Origin: an uncultured Alphaproteobacteria bacterium
GTDB taxonomy: Bacteria > Pseudomonadota > Alphaproteobacteria > Rhizobiales > Xanthobacteraceae
Reading direction: 5' to 3'
Length of the DNA: 64,000 nt
Assembly (NCBI GenBank): GCA_963816775.1
Contig: CAWFLX010000060.1
Span: forward strand, 2,600-66,599
The translations under genes were made by a program, and so were the position numbers. The notes under the pieces were generated by a model. That model saw only the letters and a list, made by a program, of their open reading frames with translations, was not told the origin of the DNA and made no database searches. Positions 37,482 to 47,576 of this stretch are shown here, piece by piece (position 1 is the stretch's first letter; each line of letters starts with the position of its first letter).

Positions 37482-38513
37482 TTAGCTCAATTCCTTGCGC
37501 ACGATGCTTGTCCCGGCGACCATCGCCTGCATCTTACCGAAGGCAACGGCGCGCGGCAGATATTTCATGCCGCAGTCGGGCGCGATGACCAGCCGCTGCG
37601 CCGGCACGTATTTTAGCGCGGCACGGATGCGCGCCGCCACCGTTTCCGGCGTCTCAACTGCCATGTCGCCGAGGTTGAGCACGCCTAGGATGACGGTCTT
37701 CGAGGGCAAGTCCTTGAGCACCGCAAGGTCGAGCTTCGGTTCTGCCGCCTCGATCGAGACCTGGTCGATCTTGGAGCCCTCGAGTTCGGCCAGAAACGCG
37801 TAGGTGGATGGCTTGTTCTTGACCACGTGGGCGTAGCCCAGACACAGGTGCACAGCGGTCTTGCCGGTAGCGCCCGCGATCGCCCGGTCGAGGACGCTGA
37901 TGCCGTACTTTCGCGCCCGGTCTGCAAATGACACCATCCAAGGTTCGTCGAGCTGCACGATGTCGGCGCCGGCGGCGAACAGGTCCTTGATCTCCTCATT
38001 GACCGCGATCGCGTAGTCGTTCGCGAGCGCTTCCGGGTCTTTGTAGAAATCATCCTGGGCCTGCACCGCCATGGTGAAGGCGCCCGGCACGGTCGCCTTT
38101 ACCATGCGATCGGTGTTCGCACGCACAAGTCTCACGGCGTGAGCCTCGACCGGGTGCTTGCGCTTGATCTTGCCGGCAATGCGCGGCACCGGGATCATCT
38201 TGCCGAACCGGTTCGGGGTCTCGCCCGGGTTGTCGAGATCGACGCCGTCGAGTGCGGTGGCGAAGTGATTGGAGTAGCTCTCGCGCGCCTGCTCGCCGTC
38301 GGAGACGATGTCGAGCCCTGCCCGCTCCTGGTCGCGCACCGCCAGGATGGTCGCATCGTCCTGCGCGGCCTCGCGATGCTCCCGGTCGATCAGCCACAGG
38401 TGTTCGGCGCGCAGCCGCACCACCGATTTGACCAGCTCCTGGCGGTCGATCAGCCAGTCCGGTTGCGGGTAGGATCCGACCAGACTGGTCGGAAGCAGGA
38501 TCGGCTTGGGCAT
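37482..38513 (-). CDS. cobalamin-independent methionine synthase (MetE C-terminal domain)-like protein
   Basis: 343 aa. LPTSLVGSYPQPDWL, IVQLDEP, HLCLGY and APDCGMKYLPR are typical of the MetE-like/UROD superfamily. Confidence 0.75.
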   Translation of the reverse strand: MPKPILLPTSLVGSYPQPDWLIDRQELVKSVVRLRAEHLWLIDREHREAAQDDATILAVRDQERAGLDIVSDGEQARESYSNHFATALDGVDLDNPGETPNRFGKMIPVPRIAGKIKRKHPVEAHAVRLVRANTDRMVKATVPGAFTMAVQAQDDFYKDPEALANDYAIAVNEEIKDLFAAGADIVQLDEPWMVSFADRARKYGISVLDRAIAGATGKTAVHLCLGYAHVVKNKPSTYAFLAELEGSKIDQVSIEAAEPKLDLAVLKDLPSKTVILGVLNLGDMAVETPETVAARIRAALKYVPAQRLVIAPDCGMKYLPRAVAFGKMQAMVAGTSIVRKELS

Positions 38514-38685
38514 CGTTTCTCCTTGCGGACGTCGGCGGGGTTATCCCAATCCGGGTCACCCGACGCAAGGTGCCGAATTAACACACTGGCAACCATATCG
38601 ATCCGGACGACGCAGGCCGCAGGAACCATTTAACCGGACCCGGGTTAGGGTGCGGGTCAGCGATACCCCCGAACGGAGAACGACG

Positions 38686-38940
38686 ATGAGAGCGCTTGTC
38701 GCGGCCGCAGTGCTTGCGAGTGCGATTGCTTTGGGCCCCACCGTTGCCAGCGCACAGGAGCGCGTCGGCGAGACGGCGTTGGGCGCCCTGTCCGGTGCGC
38801 TGGTCGGCGGTCCGGTCGGTTTAGTCGTCGGCGGGGTGATCGGCTTTACGGCCGGCCCAAGCATTTCAAACGCGATGTTTCACAATCAAAGGCGCCCGCG
38901 TCGCTATTCCGGCGGACCGCGCGGCAACTACGCGCAGTAA
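38686..38940 (+). CDS. small secreted glycine-zipper protein
   Basis: ATG 38686 after GGAGA. Signal peptide, then GALSGALVGGPVGLVVGGVIGF. Confidence 0.6.
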   Translation: MRALVAAAVLASAIALGPTVASAQERVGETALGALSGALVGGPVGLVVGGVIGFTAGPSISNAMFHNQRRPRRYSGGPRGNYAQ

Positions 38941-40290
38941 CTACAGCAGATCGCGCAACCAAGCCGCGATGCCGAACAGATCGGCGTCGCGGTCGGCGAA
39001 GCCCATCACCTGCAACCCCAGCGGCAGCTCATCGACCGAAAACACCGGCAGCGTGAGCGCTGGGATTCCGAGCAGCGAGGCCGGCACATTCATCAGTGTG
39101 ATCCCGGTCGATTCGAGGCCGCGTGGCGCCGGGCCGGCTGACGCGAGCGTAACGCAGGCGTCGCAGTCGGCGGCGAGCTCCGCATAGGCAGCCCGGATCT
39201 CGTCGCGGGTCGCGAGATCGCCGCGGTAGTCCGCAAGCGTCAGCGCCGTGGCTTTCGGGATTCGTTCGCGCACCACGGGGCTGAGCTTTTCGATATCGCG
39301 ATCGGCGCAGCTCTGGATGAGACTGCGCATTTCAAAGTCGTTGATCCGCATCGAAAGATCGAGTGCGGCGGCGAGATCGGGCTCAATCGCATCGACCATC
39401 GCGTGGGTCTTGCGGGTGAGGACTTCAACACCCGCCGCGCTGATGCGCGCAAGCGCTTCATTCATGCACTGGCTTGCCGCCTCGCCTGCGACGGCCCAGC
39501 CGGCCGTTTCCACAAAAGCGAGCCGGCGCGGCTTTCTAGACGACGGCGCGCGATCCGGACCCGCAAGCCCCGGCCATCCTGGGTCACCGCCAGCGCGCAG
39601 CACGATCTCGTAGGCGACCTGCCAGGTATCCTCCAGAGACGCGGCGAGGATGCCGGTGCAGCTCTGGCTTTGATAATCGTGGCTGCCGGTTCGATTGAGG
39701 GCGTGCACGCTCGGCTTGTAGCCGTAAACCCCGCAGAAGCTCGCCGGTCGCAGGGTCGAACCGAGCACCTGCGTGCCGAGACCGGCGCTGATGATGCCGG
39801 CTGCCACCGCGGCTGCCGACCCGCTGCTGGAACCGCCCGGCGTGTGGTCGAGGTTCCAGGGATTGCGGGTGCCGCGCGGGTAGGACATCGCGAACTCGGT
39901 GGTAACGGTCTTGCCCACAATGACGGCACCGGCCGCGCGCAGCGCCACGATGCTGGCGGCGTCCTTCCACGATCGCCAATCCTCGAACAATGGCGAGCCG
40001 AGTTCGGTCGGCATATCCGCGGTCTCGATCACATCCTTGATACCCATCGGAATGCCATCGATCGGCGAGGATGGCTTGCCGTCGCGCCAGCGCGCGGTCG
40101 CCCGATCGGCCGCCGCGCGTGCGGCCGGAAGATTGAGGTTGACGAATGCGCCGATCTGCGGCTCCCACCAGTCGAGCTCCTTGAGGCAACGTTCAAGGAA
40201 TGCCCGCGGACTATCATCGCCGGTCGCGAAGCGCTTGGTTGCCGCCAAGTACGGACGCATGGCCGGCTTGATGCGAATATCCGTCGACAT
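38941..40290 (-). CDS. amidase (amidase-signature family)
   Basis: GGSSSGSAAAVAAG signature. ATG 40290 is preceded by AGGAG on the minus strand. Confidence 0.85.
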   Translation of the reverse strand: MSTDIRIKPAMRPYLAATKRFATGDDSPRAFLERCLKELDWWEPQIGAFVNLNLPAARAAADRATARWRDGKPSSPIDGIPMGIKDVIETADMPTELGSPLFEDWRSWKDAASIVALRAAGAVIVGKTVTTEFAMSYPRGTRNPWNLDHTPGGSSSGSAAAVAAGIISAGLGTQVLGSTLRPASFCGVYGYKPSVHALNRTGSHDYQSQSCTGILAASLEDTWQVAYEIVLRAGGDPGWPGLAGPDRAPSSRKPRRLAFVETAGWAVAGEAASQCMNEALARISAAGVEVLTRKTHAMVDAIEPDLAAALDLSMRINDFEMRSLIQSCADRDIEKLSPVVRERIPKATALTLADYRGDLATRDEIRAAYAELAADCDACVTLASAGPAPRGLESTGITLMNVPASLLGIPALTLPVFSVDELPLGLQVMGFADRDADLFGIAAWLRDLL

Positions 40291-40326
40291 GGGAACTCCT
40301 TGATTGCGCACGGCTAGGCACCGCTT

Positions 40327-40351
40327 CTGAACTTTAAATCCATCACACTAG
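40327..40351. repeat. solo half-copy of the family-4 (CTAGTGT) element
   Basis: CTGAACTTTAAATCCATCACACTAG versus the unit B right arm AGGAACTTCAAATCCACCACACTAG. Confidence 0.55.
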
Positions 40352-40396
40352 CCTGTATGGATACGCCCATTATCCAACGACTGCAGGATGATCTCC

Positions 40397-41359
40397 ATGG
40401 AATATCGCGATATCGGCACGTCCAACCTCAAGGTCTCGGTGGTCGGACTGGGCTGCAATAATTTCGGCGCCCGCATGGATCTGGCGGCGGCGCGCACGCT
40501 CGTGCATCACGCCATCGACCGCGGCATCAATCATTTCGACACCGCCGACATCTACGGCCCGCGCGGAAAATCGGAGGAGATTCTGGGCGAGATTCTCGGG
40601 AGCAAGCGCAAGGACGTCGTGATCGCCACCAAATTCGGCATGGTGTTCGACGAGGCCGGTGCCATGAAAGGCGCCTCGCGCAAGTACATCATGACCGCGG
40701 TCGAAGGCAGCCTGCGCCGGCTCAAGACCGACTACATCGACCTCTACTATCAGCATCGCGCCGATCCGAGCGTACCGATCGAGGAAACGCTGCGCGCGCT
40801 CGATGACCTCGTCAAGCAAGGCAAGGTGCGCCACATCGGCAATTCCAATTTCGATGGCAAGCAGTTGGATGAAGCGGACGCCACCGCGCGCAAGCTCGGG
40901 CTCACGCGCTTCATCTGCGCGCAGGACGAGCTTAGCCTGATCAAGCGTCACATCGAGAAGGACCGTGTACCGGCAATGCAGCGGGATAAGATCGCGCTGG
41001 TACCGTACTTCCCGCTCGCCAGCGGGTTACTCACCGGCAAGTACCGGCGCGGCGCACCGGTGCCGGCCGGAACTCGGATGGCCGCCAAGAACCGGCTGTC
41101 GGACTTATTCTGGACGCAAGAAAATCTTGAGCTCACCTACCGAATCGTTGAGTTCTGCGAGCAGCGCAAGCTCAATATGCTTGATGTGGCGTTCGCCTGG
41201 CTCTTGGAAAAACCGTTTGTCCCCAGTGTGATCGCCGGGGCCTCGCGCCCAGAGCAAATCGATGCGAATATCAAGGCCGCTGCTGCCAAACTGTCGGGGG
41301 CCGAGCTTGGCGCGCTGGACAAGCTGACCGAAAAGGCACTGGAGACGCAGCCGCATTGA
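40397..41359 (+). CDS. aldo/keto reductase
   Basis: AKR family sequence (GCNNFG, FDTADIYG, LYYQHRADP, IGNSNF). ATG 40397 is preferred over 40388 on SD spacing. Confidence 0.9.
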   Translation: MEYRDIGTSNLKVSVVGLGCNNFGARMDLAAARTLVHHAIDRGINHFDTADIYGPRGKSEEILGEILGSKRKDVVIATKFGMVFDEAGAMKGASRKYIMTAVEGSLRRLKTDYIDLYYQHRADPSVPIEETLRALDDLVKQGKVRHIGNSNFDGKQLDEADATARKLGLTRFICAQDELSLIKRHIEKDRVPAMQRDKIALVPYFPLASGLLTGKYRRGAPVPAGTRMAAKNRLSDLFWTQENLELTYRIVEFCEQRKLNMLDVAFAWLLEKPFVPSVIAGASRPEQIDANIKAAAAKLSGAELGALDKLTEKALETQPH

Positions 41360-41385
41360 GGGATTCACAATTGCCGGGTGGGCTC

Positions 41386-42594
41386 ATGAAGCGCTTCCAA
41401 CTCGCGCTTGCGACGAGCGTCGCGCTGCTGGCGACAACTCAAGCATTCGCCGCGGCGCCATGCCGGACCTCCGGGTCGTTCGATCAGTGGCTGGCGAATT
41501 TCAAACAGGAGGCGCTGGCGCAAGGCATCTCGCGCAATGCCGTCGCGCAAGCATCGCCGTTCCTCGTCTACGATCAGCGCATCGTCAACATCGACCGCGG
41601 TCAGCGGGTGTTCGCGCAGAGCTTCATCGAATTCTCGACCAAGATGTTGCCCGGCGGCCGCATCTCGCAAGGCATCGCTCAGATCAAGAAGAACGCGGCG
41701 ACGTTCGCACGCGCCGAGCAGCAATACGGCGTACCGCCGGCGGTGATCGCGGGCTTCTGGGGACTCGAGAGCGATTTCGGCGCCAACATGGGCAAGGATC
41801 AGGCACTGCGCTCGATCGTGTCGCTGGCCTACGATTGCCGACGCTCCGACATGTTCCGCGGCCACCTGTTCGACGCGTTGCGGCTGATCGAGCGTGGCGA
41901 TCTCACGGCGCCCGAGATGATCGGTTCATGGGCAGGCGAGCTCGGTCAGACCCAGATGATGCCGTCGGAATACTACAAATACGCCGTTGACTACGAGGGC
42001 GATGGGCACCGCAATCTGCTGCGTAGCGCGGCCGACGTGATCGGCTCGACCGCGAACTATCTGGTCAGCCTCGGCTGGAAACGTGGCGAGCCATGGCTGG
42101 AGGAAATTCGCGTGCCGGCGAATCTGCCCTGGAAGGAAACCGGCCTCGACGTCAAACAGCCGCGCTCGCAATGGGCCAAGTGGGGCGTGACCTATCCGGA
42201 TGGACGGCCGCTGCCGAACGATAACCTGTCGGCCTCCGTGCTGCTCCCGATGGGCCGCTTCGGGCCGGCGTTTATCGCCTATGACAATTTCCAGGTCTAC
42301 CTGAAGTGGAACAACTCGCTGGTCTATTCGACCACCGCCGCGTACTACGCGACGCGGCTCGCGGGCGCCCCACCGATGGGCCGCGGCGCCGGCACGGTTC
42401 CGCCGATCAGCATGGAACAGACGCGCGAGCTGCAACAGCTGCTGATCAAGCACGGGTATGACGTGGGCGGCGCCGACGGCAAGCTTGGCACGGCGACGCG
42501 CGTCGCGGTCAAAGCCATGCAGGTGAAACTTGGATTGCCGGCCGACTCCTATCCGACGCCGGAGCTGATTGCGCGGCTGCGGGGGACGCCGTGA
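41386..42594 (+). CDS. lytic murein transglycosylase (MltB family) with C-terminal peptidoglycan-binding domain
   Basis: Signal peptide from ATG 41386. GFWGLESDFG and GQTQMMPSEY motifs. C-terminal PG_binding_1-like LLIKHGYDVGGADGKLG. Confidence 0.85.
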   Translation: MKRFQLALATSVALLATTQAFAAAPCRTSGSFDQWLANFKQEALAQGISRNAVAQASPFLVYDQRIVNIDRGQRVFAQSFIEFSTKMLPGGRISQGIAQIKKNAATFARAEQQYGVPPAVIAGFWGLESDFGANMGKDQALRSIVSLAYDCRRSDMFRGHLFDALRLIERGDLTAPEMIGSWAGELGQTQMMPSEYYKYAVDYEGDGHRNLLRSAADVIGSTANYLVSLGWKRGEPWLEEIRVPANLPWKETGLDVKQPRSQWAKWGVTYPDGRPLPNDNLSASVLLPMGRFGPAFIAYDNFQVYLKWNNSLVYSTTAAYYATRLAGAPPMGRGAGTVPPISMEQTRELQQLLIKHGYDVGGADGKLGTATRVAVKAMQVKLGLPADSYPTPELIARLRGTP

Positions 42595-42602
42595 CACGTT
42601 TT

Positions 42603-42687
42603 GTAGGATGGGTTGAGCCGTAGCGAAACCCATCGCGCTTGTTCCGCATTGCGTATGATGGGTTTCGCTGCGCTCAACCCATCCTAC
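42603..42687. repeat. palindromic intergenic repeat, family 1
   Basis: Full inverted pair. The right arm contains the TAG stop of livF (minus strand). Confidence 0.9.
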
Positions 42688-43397
42688 CGCCGCACCACCC
42701 CGATCAACTGCTCGAGCTTCGCGGCATCCGCTTTCAGTGCTGCGCTTGGTCCGTCATAGACCACACGGCCGCGATCGAGCACCACGGTGCGCGGCGAGAT
42801 CTCGAGGGCGAGCCGCGTATTCTGTTCCACCACGATCAGGGTCAGCCCTTCAGCCGACGCCAATCGCTTGATGGCGCGCGCGAGCTCTTCAACGATCACC
42901 GGTGCGAGCCCTTCCGAGGGCTCGTCCATCAGCACCACCGACGGGTTGCCGACGAGCGCACGGGCGATCGCGAGCATCTGCTGTTCGCCACCGGAAAGCT
43001 GGTTGCCGCGATTGCTTTGGCGCTCGGCCAGCCGCGGAAACAGCGCATAGACCGCATCGATCGTCCATTTGCCAGGGCGCAGCGCGACCTCGAGATTTTC
43101 CCGTAACGACAAGGACGGAAAGATCTCACGCTCTTGAGGGACGTAGCCGAGCCCCGCCCACGAGCGCCGATGCGGCGCGAGCCTTGTGATATTCCGACCG
43201 CGCAGCGCAATCGTGCCGCCGTGCAGCGTGGTGTGCCCCATCACGGTCGCGAGCAGGGTAGTCTTGCCGACGCCGTTGCGGCCGATGATCGACACCGTCT
43301 CGCCCTCGCGCATGGCGAGGCGCACGTCTTCGAGCACAACGGTTTCGCCGTAGCCGGCGAACACCCCAGAGAGCTCCAAGGACGCCGCGCTATCCAT
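42684..43397 (-). CDS. livF: branched-chain amino acid ABC transporter ATP-binding protein
   Basis: Walker A GRNGVGKTT, LSGGEQQM, VLMDEPS. Confidence 0.9.
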   Translation of the reverse strand: MDSAASLELSGVFAGYGETVVLEDVRLAMREGETVSIIGRNGVGKTTLLATVMGHTTLHGGTIALRGRNITRLAPHRRSWAGLGYVPQEREIFPSLSLRENLEVALRPGKWTIDAVYALFPRLAERQSNRGNQLSGGEQQMLAIARALVGNPSVVLMDEPSEGLAPVIVEELARAIKRLASAEGLTLIVVEQNTRLALEISPRTVVLDRGRVVYDGPSAALKADAAKLEQLIGVVRR

Positions 43398-44145
43398 GGT
43401 GCGCCTCTTCGCCGAGATAGACCGCGCGCACGCGTTCGTCGGCGGAGATCTCGGCCGGCGTTCCGTCAGTCAGTACCGCACCCTGCACCAGCACCGTGAT
43501 GCGCTTGGCCACCCGGAACACAACATCCATGTCGTGTTCGATGATAAGGATCGCGATGTCGGGATCGAGGCCCGCAATTACGTCAAGGATCAGGTGAGTT
43601 TCGGACGAGGGCACGCCGGCTGCAGGTTCGTCGAGCAGCAGCACTTTCGGACGCAGCGCCAGCGCGATCGCGATTTCGACCAGCCGCAGCCGCCCGTACG
43701 GGAGTTCGCGTACGAGCTTGAGGGCGTCATCGGCAAGCCGCAGCGCGTCGAGATGCGTGAGTGCTTCGTCGATCACGGCGCGCTCGGCGCCCACCGGACG
43801 CCACAGGTGGTTGCAGACGCCATCGCGCTCGGCCACCGCCAGATAGAGATTCTCCAGCACGGTGAGCCCGCGAAACAACTGGTTGATCTGGAACGTGCGC
43901 GCAATTCCACGCCGGGTCCGCGTCGCTTGCGGCAGCCGGGTGATATCCTCGCCTTCGAGCAGCACCTGACCGGCCGAGGGTTGCAGCACGCCGGTGATGA
44001 GGTTGACGAGCGTCGTCTTGCCGGCGCCGTTCGGTCCGATGAGCGCGTGGCGCGCGCCGCGTTCGAGCACAAGGTTGACGTCGCGCGTGACCGCGAGCGC
44101 TCCAAAGCTTTTGTGCAGGTCGCGGATCTCGAGCGCGGCGGTCAT
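43390..44145 (-). CDS. livG: branched-chain amino acid ABC transporter ATP-binding protein
   Basis: Walker A GPNGAGKTT. LivG-type C-terminal region. Confidence 0.9.
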   Translation of the reverse strand: MTAALEIRDLHKSFGALAVTRDVNLVLERGARHALIGPNGAGKTTLVNLITGVLQPSAGQVLLEGEDITRLPQATRTRRGIARTFQINQLFRGLTVLENLYLAVAERDGVCNHLWRPVGAERAVIDEALTHLDALRLADDALKLVRELPYGRLRLVEIAIALALRPKVLLLDEPAAGVPSSETHLILDVIAGLDPDIAILIIEHDMDVVFRVAKRITVLVQGAVLTDGTPAEISADERVRAVYLGEEAHHG

Positions 44146-45161
44146 GACGTTCTCCGCCGCAAAGTGCCGCCTAAGTCCTCAGCAAGCCCAAACAGACCGC
44201 GCCGTGCGAACAACACCACCAGCACCAGCACCAGACCGATGCCGAACTGCCAGAATTCCGGGCTGAGCTTGGAAAGGTAGTCCTCGAGCAACATGTAGAT
44301 CACGCCGCCGGCAAACGCGCCGTAGAGCCGCCCGGTGCCGCCCAAAATCAGGATCGTCATCACGCCGGCGCTGCGGTCGAAATCGAACACGCCGAGAGTG
44401 ACATAGGCGCTGGTCTGCGTGAACAACGCCCCCGATACGCCGGCGATCGCGGCAGAGATCGTATAAACGATCACGAGTCGCCAGCGCACCGGCGACCCGA
44501 TCGCGTGCATGCGGTTCACGTTCTCGCGAATGCCGGCGAGCGCCTCGCCAAACGATGAATAGACGATGCGGCGCACCACGTAGAACAGGATGAGCAGCAC
44601 GACCAGGCAGTAGATATAATTAGTGCGGTTGTAGAGATCGTAGTCGAACAATCCCAGCAACGGCCAGATCGTAATCCCCGGAATGCCGTCGTAGCCGCCG
44701 GTGATGTCCTTGAAGAGATTGCCGACCTCCTGCAGCAGGATCGTAGTCGAAAGTGTCAGCACGAGCAGCGTCAACCCGCGGTAGCGCAGCAGGACCAAGC
44801 CCGTCAGGAAACCGGCAGCCGCCGCAACCGCAGCTGCGGCGAACAAGCCGCTGATCGGCTCGCCGTAACCTGCCCGCGCCGACAGCAGCCCTACCGTGTA
44901 GGCGCCGAGGCCGAAAAACGCCGCTTGCCCGAGCGTCACGATCCCGGCGTAGCCGAGGATCAGATCGAGTGAGAGCGCGAACAGCACCATCACCAGCACT
45001 TGGGTGCCGAAGGTCATCCGATCCGGGAACATGAAGAAGGCTGCGATCGCGATCAGCCACGGCAGCGCCTCTCCCCAGTGCCAGTGATGGCGCGTGGCGA
45101 GGTAGGCGCGGGCGCGCGCGTGCAGATCGACGGCAGCGCTGGTCGTCTCACTCACGGCCAT
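44142..45161 (-). CDS. livM: branched-chain amino acid ABC transporter permease
   Basis: ATG 45161 within ORF 44142..45257. Polytopic LivM-like sequence. Confidence 0.85.
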   Translation of the reverse strand: MAVSETTSAAVDLHARARAYLATRHHWHWGEALPWLIAIAAFFMFPDRMTFGTQVLVMVLFALSLDLILGYAGIVTLGQAAFFGLGAYTVGLLSARAGYGEPISGLFAAAAVAAAAGFLTGLVLLRYRGLTLLVLTLSTTILLQEVGNLFKDITGGYDGIPGITIWPLLGLFDYDLYNRTNYIYCLVVLLILFYVVRRIVYSSFGEALAGIRENVNRMHAIGSPVRWRLVIVYTISAAIAGVSGALFTQTSAYVTLGVFDFDRSAGVMTILILGGTGRLYGAFAGGVIYMLLEDYLSKLSPEFWQFGIGLVLVLVVLFARRGLFGLAEDLGGTLRRRTS

Positions 45162-46020
45162 AGAGACCCGCCGGCCGAACGAGCAGGATCGCCATCGCGA
45201 TCGCGTAGATGAAGAAACCACCGGCGTCGGCGTAGAGGTACTTTCCGGCGGTATCAAAGATGCCGAGGATCAGCGCGGCGAGCAGCGTGCCTTTGAAGCT
45301 GCCGAGCCCGCCGACCGCGACGACGAGCAGAAAGAACACCAGATAGATCAGCGCGAAGCTTGGGCTCAGGCCAACGAGCTGCACCGCCAGGCCGCCGCCA
45401 AGGGCCGCGAGCCCGCTGCCGATCCCGAACGTGAGCGTGAACAGGCGGTCGACATCGATCCCGATCGACTGGGCCATGCGGCGATTGTCGACCGCTGCGC
45501 GGATCTTCGCCCCGATGTTGGTGCGCTCGAACACGTACCAGAGCACAGCGATCAGAACCGCCCCGATCGCGATCATGAAGACCCGGTAGGTCGGAAACGT
45601 GCGAAAGCCGCCGTCGATCTGGCCGGTCAGATAGCTCGGAAGCCGGATGGATTGCTGGCTCGGGCCGTAAAAATAGGTGTAGGTGGCGATCGCCATGAAG
45701 GCGAGCCCGATCGTCAACAGCACCTGGTCGAGTTCAGTCGCCCGGTAGAGGCGGGTATAAAGCGTACGTTCGAAGATCACGCTCACGGCCCCGACCACAA
45801 CGAACGTGATTGCGAGCGACGGCAGGAACCCAATGCCCCAGCTGCGCGTCAGCGTCAGCATCATATAGCCGCCCGCCATGGCGAAAGCGCCATGAGCGAG
45901 GTTGACAATCCCCATCAGCCCCATTGTGACGGAAAGCCCGACCGACACGATGAACAGGAACATGGCGTAGGCCAAGCCATCGAACAGGATGCTGATGATC
46001 GTGTTGAGGTTGAGCGACAC
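45148..46020 (-). CDS. livH: branched-chain amino acid ABC transporter permease
   Basis: GTG 46020 preceded by GAGGAA. LivH-like N-terminus (LNTIISILFDGLAYAMFLF). Confidence 0.85.
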   Translation of the reverse strand: MSLNLNTIISILFDGLAYAMFLFIVSVGLSVTMGLMGIVNLAHGAFAMAGGYMMLTLTRSWGIGFLPSLAITFVVVGAVSVIFERTLYTRLYRATELDQVLLTIGLAFMAIATYTYFYGPSQQSIRLPSYLTGQIDGGFRTFPTYRVFMIAIGAVLIAVLWYVFERTNIGAKIRAAVDNRRMAQSIGIDVDRLFTLTFGIGSGLAALGGGLAVQLVGLSPSFALIYLVFFLLVVAVGGLGSFKGTLLAALILGIFDTAGKYLYADAGGFFIYAIAMAILLVRPAGLYGRE

Positions 46021-46053
46021 CGGTTCCTCGCCGAGCGAGCAGTAAAAAGAGCC

Positions 46054-46177
46054 GACCTCATCCTGAGGAGCCCGAGCGTAGCGAGGGCGTCTCGACGGCT
46101 GGCCAAGACGAGGGCGTTCCCTCTTGCCATCCCTCGAGAGGCCGCGCAAATGCGCGGACGGCTCTCAGGATGAGGTC
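46054..46177. repeat. 124-nt element with terminal inverted repeats (family 5: GACCTCATCCTGAG.AGC)
   Basis: GACCTCATCCTGAGGAGC (46054-46071) and GCTCTCAGGATGAGGTC (46161-46177). Lies between livK-like and livH. Confidence 0.7.
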
Positions 46178-46244
46178 TGCAAACGCTACACGGCACCTTC
46201 AGGACGAAGGACTGAAAACCATTTCAACCCCGCCGTAACCCTAC

Positions 46245-47456
46245 CTATTGTTGCCCGCAGCGACCGACCTTCTGCTCCTTACACTGGTCCTTCACCTGCG
46301 CGATCGTGCCCAGCACTTTGAGACCGAGTTTGCCGTCGGGCTTCCTGTAGACTTCCATGGCGCGCTCGTCCTCGACGATGTCGCGCGTGGCCGGATCGAT
46401 CATCACTGCGCCGCGGGGGCCGTTAAGCGTAAGCCCCTTGAATGCCTCGACCACCGCCATTCCGTCGTCGAGGTTGCCCTTGAGTTTCTTGATGACCGCG
46501 AAAATGCCGGCCATGGTGTCCCAGGCGGCCGCCGACATGAAATCCGGATAGCTGTTGGGTCCATAAGCCTCGTGCCAGGCCTTGACGAATTCCTGGTTGG
46601 CGGGATTGTCGAGGTCGGCAGCGTAATGGCCCATCACGATAGTGCCGATCGCCGCGTCACCCATGTCCTGCAGCTTGGTGTCGGGCACCACGTCCATCGG
46701 ACCGATCAGCTTGATGCCGGCCTGCCGCATGCCGACCTCGCCGTAGGTCTTGACCACGCCGGACGCGTGCGAGCCGGACGGAATGAACACATAGAAGCAA
46801 TCCGGCTTCTGGTCCTTCACGCGCTGGAAGAACGGCGTGAAGTCCGGCACCTGCGCCGGGTTGCCCATGGGGATCGAGTCGATGATCTTGCCGCCGGCTT
46901 GCTCGAAGCCGGTCTTGAACGCGTCGGTCGAGTCCTTGCCGGGCGGAAAATCCGTGTAGCCCATGGCCGCGGTCTTGCAGCCAAGCGTCTTGGCCGCAAA
47001 CGTGCCCATCGGATAGGCCGGATGCCACATGCTGAACGAGAAGCGTACGATGTAGGGCGACAGGGTGGTTATCCAGGCTGTGCCAGCGTTGGAAATAATC
47101 AACGGCACCTTGGCCTGCGTCATCACCGGGGCAATCGCGATCGCTGATGGCGAGAACACGACACCGGCGATCAGCTTCACTTTCTCGACCGTGATCAGCT
47201 CGGTTGCGACCGTCTTGGCATTGGCCCCGGACGGCGGCCCCTCGTCGCGCTTGACGATGTCGAGCTTGTAGGGTTCGAGATCCTTGGCGTGGAGCTTCAT
47301 ATAGAGGTCGAAGCCCTTGATCTGGGCATCGCCAAGGTCTGCGTTGACCCCCGAGAACGGCAGCATGATGCCGATCTTGACGGTTTGCGCCGATGCCGCG
47401 TTGATACCGAATGCGAGGGCTAGAGCGCCCAGCCCAACCGCCAAAAACTTCATCAT
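46245..47456 (-). CDS. branched-chain amino acid ABC substrate-binding protein (LivK/LivJ-like)
   Basis: ATG 47456 after GGGAGGA. Signal peptide MMKFLAVGLGALALAFGINAASA. Type-I binding protein. Confidence 0.85.
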   Translation of the reverse strand: MMKFLAVGLGALALAFGINAASAQTVKIGIMLPFSGVNADLGDAQIKGFDLYMKLHAKDLEPYKLDIVKRDEGPPSGANAKTVATELITVEKVKLIAGVVFSPSAIAIAPVMTQAKVPLIISNAGTAWITTLSPYIVRFSFSMWHPAYPMGTFAAKTLGCKTAAMGYTDFPPGKDSTDAFKTGFEQAGGKIIDSIPMGNPAQVPDFTPFFQRVKDQKPDCFYVFIPSGSHASGVVKTYGEVGMRQAGIKLIGPMDVVPDTKLQDMGDAAIGTIVMGHYAADLDNPANQEFVKAWHEAYGPNSYPDFMSAAAWDTMAGIFAVIKKLKGNLDDGMAVVEAFKGLTLNGPRGAVMIDPATRDIVEDERAMEVYRKPDGKLGLKVLGTIAQVKDQCKEQKVGRCGQQ

Positions 47457-47576
47457 GTCCTCCCGGAAGCGCATCACAGCCGTTCGTAGTGTGACGATAC
47501 GGCTGATCGGCCATAAGTTACCATAAGAGCTGTACCGCAACTCAAGTCGAACATTTTCGGGAAAAGCTGGCCCAAA

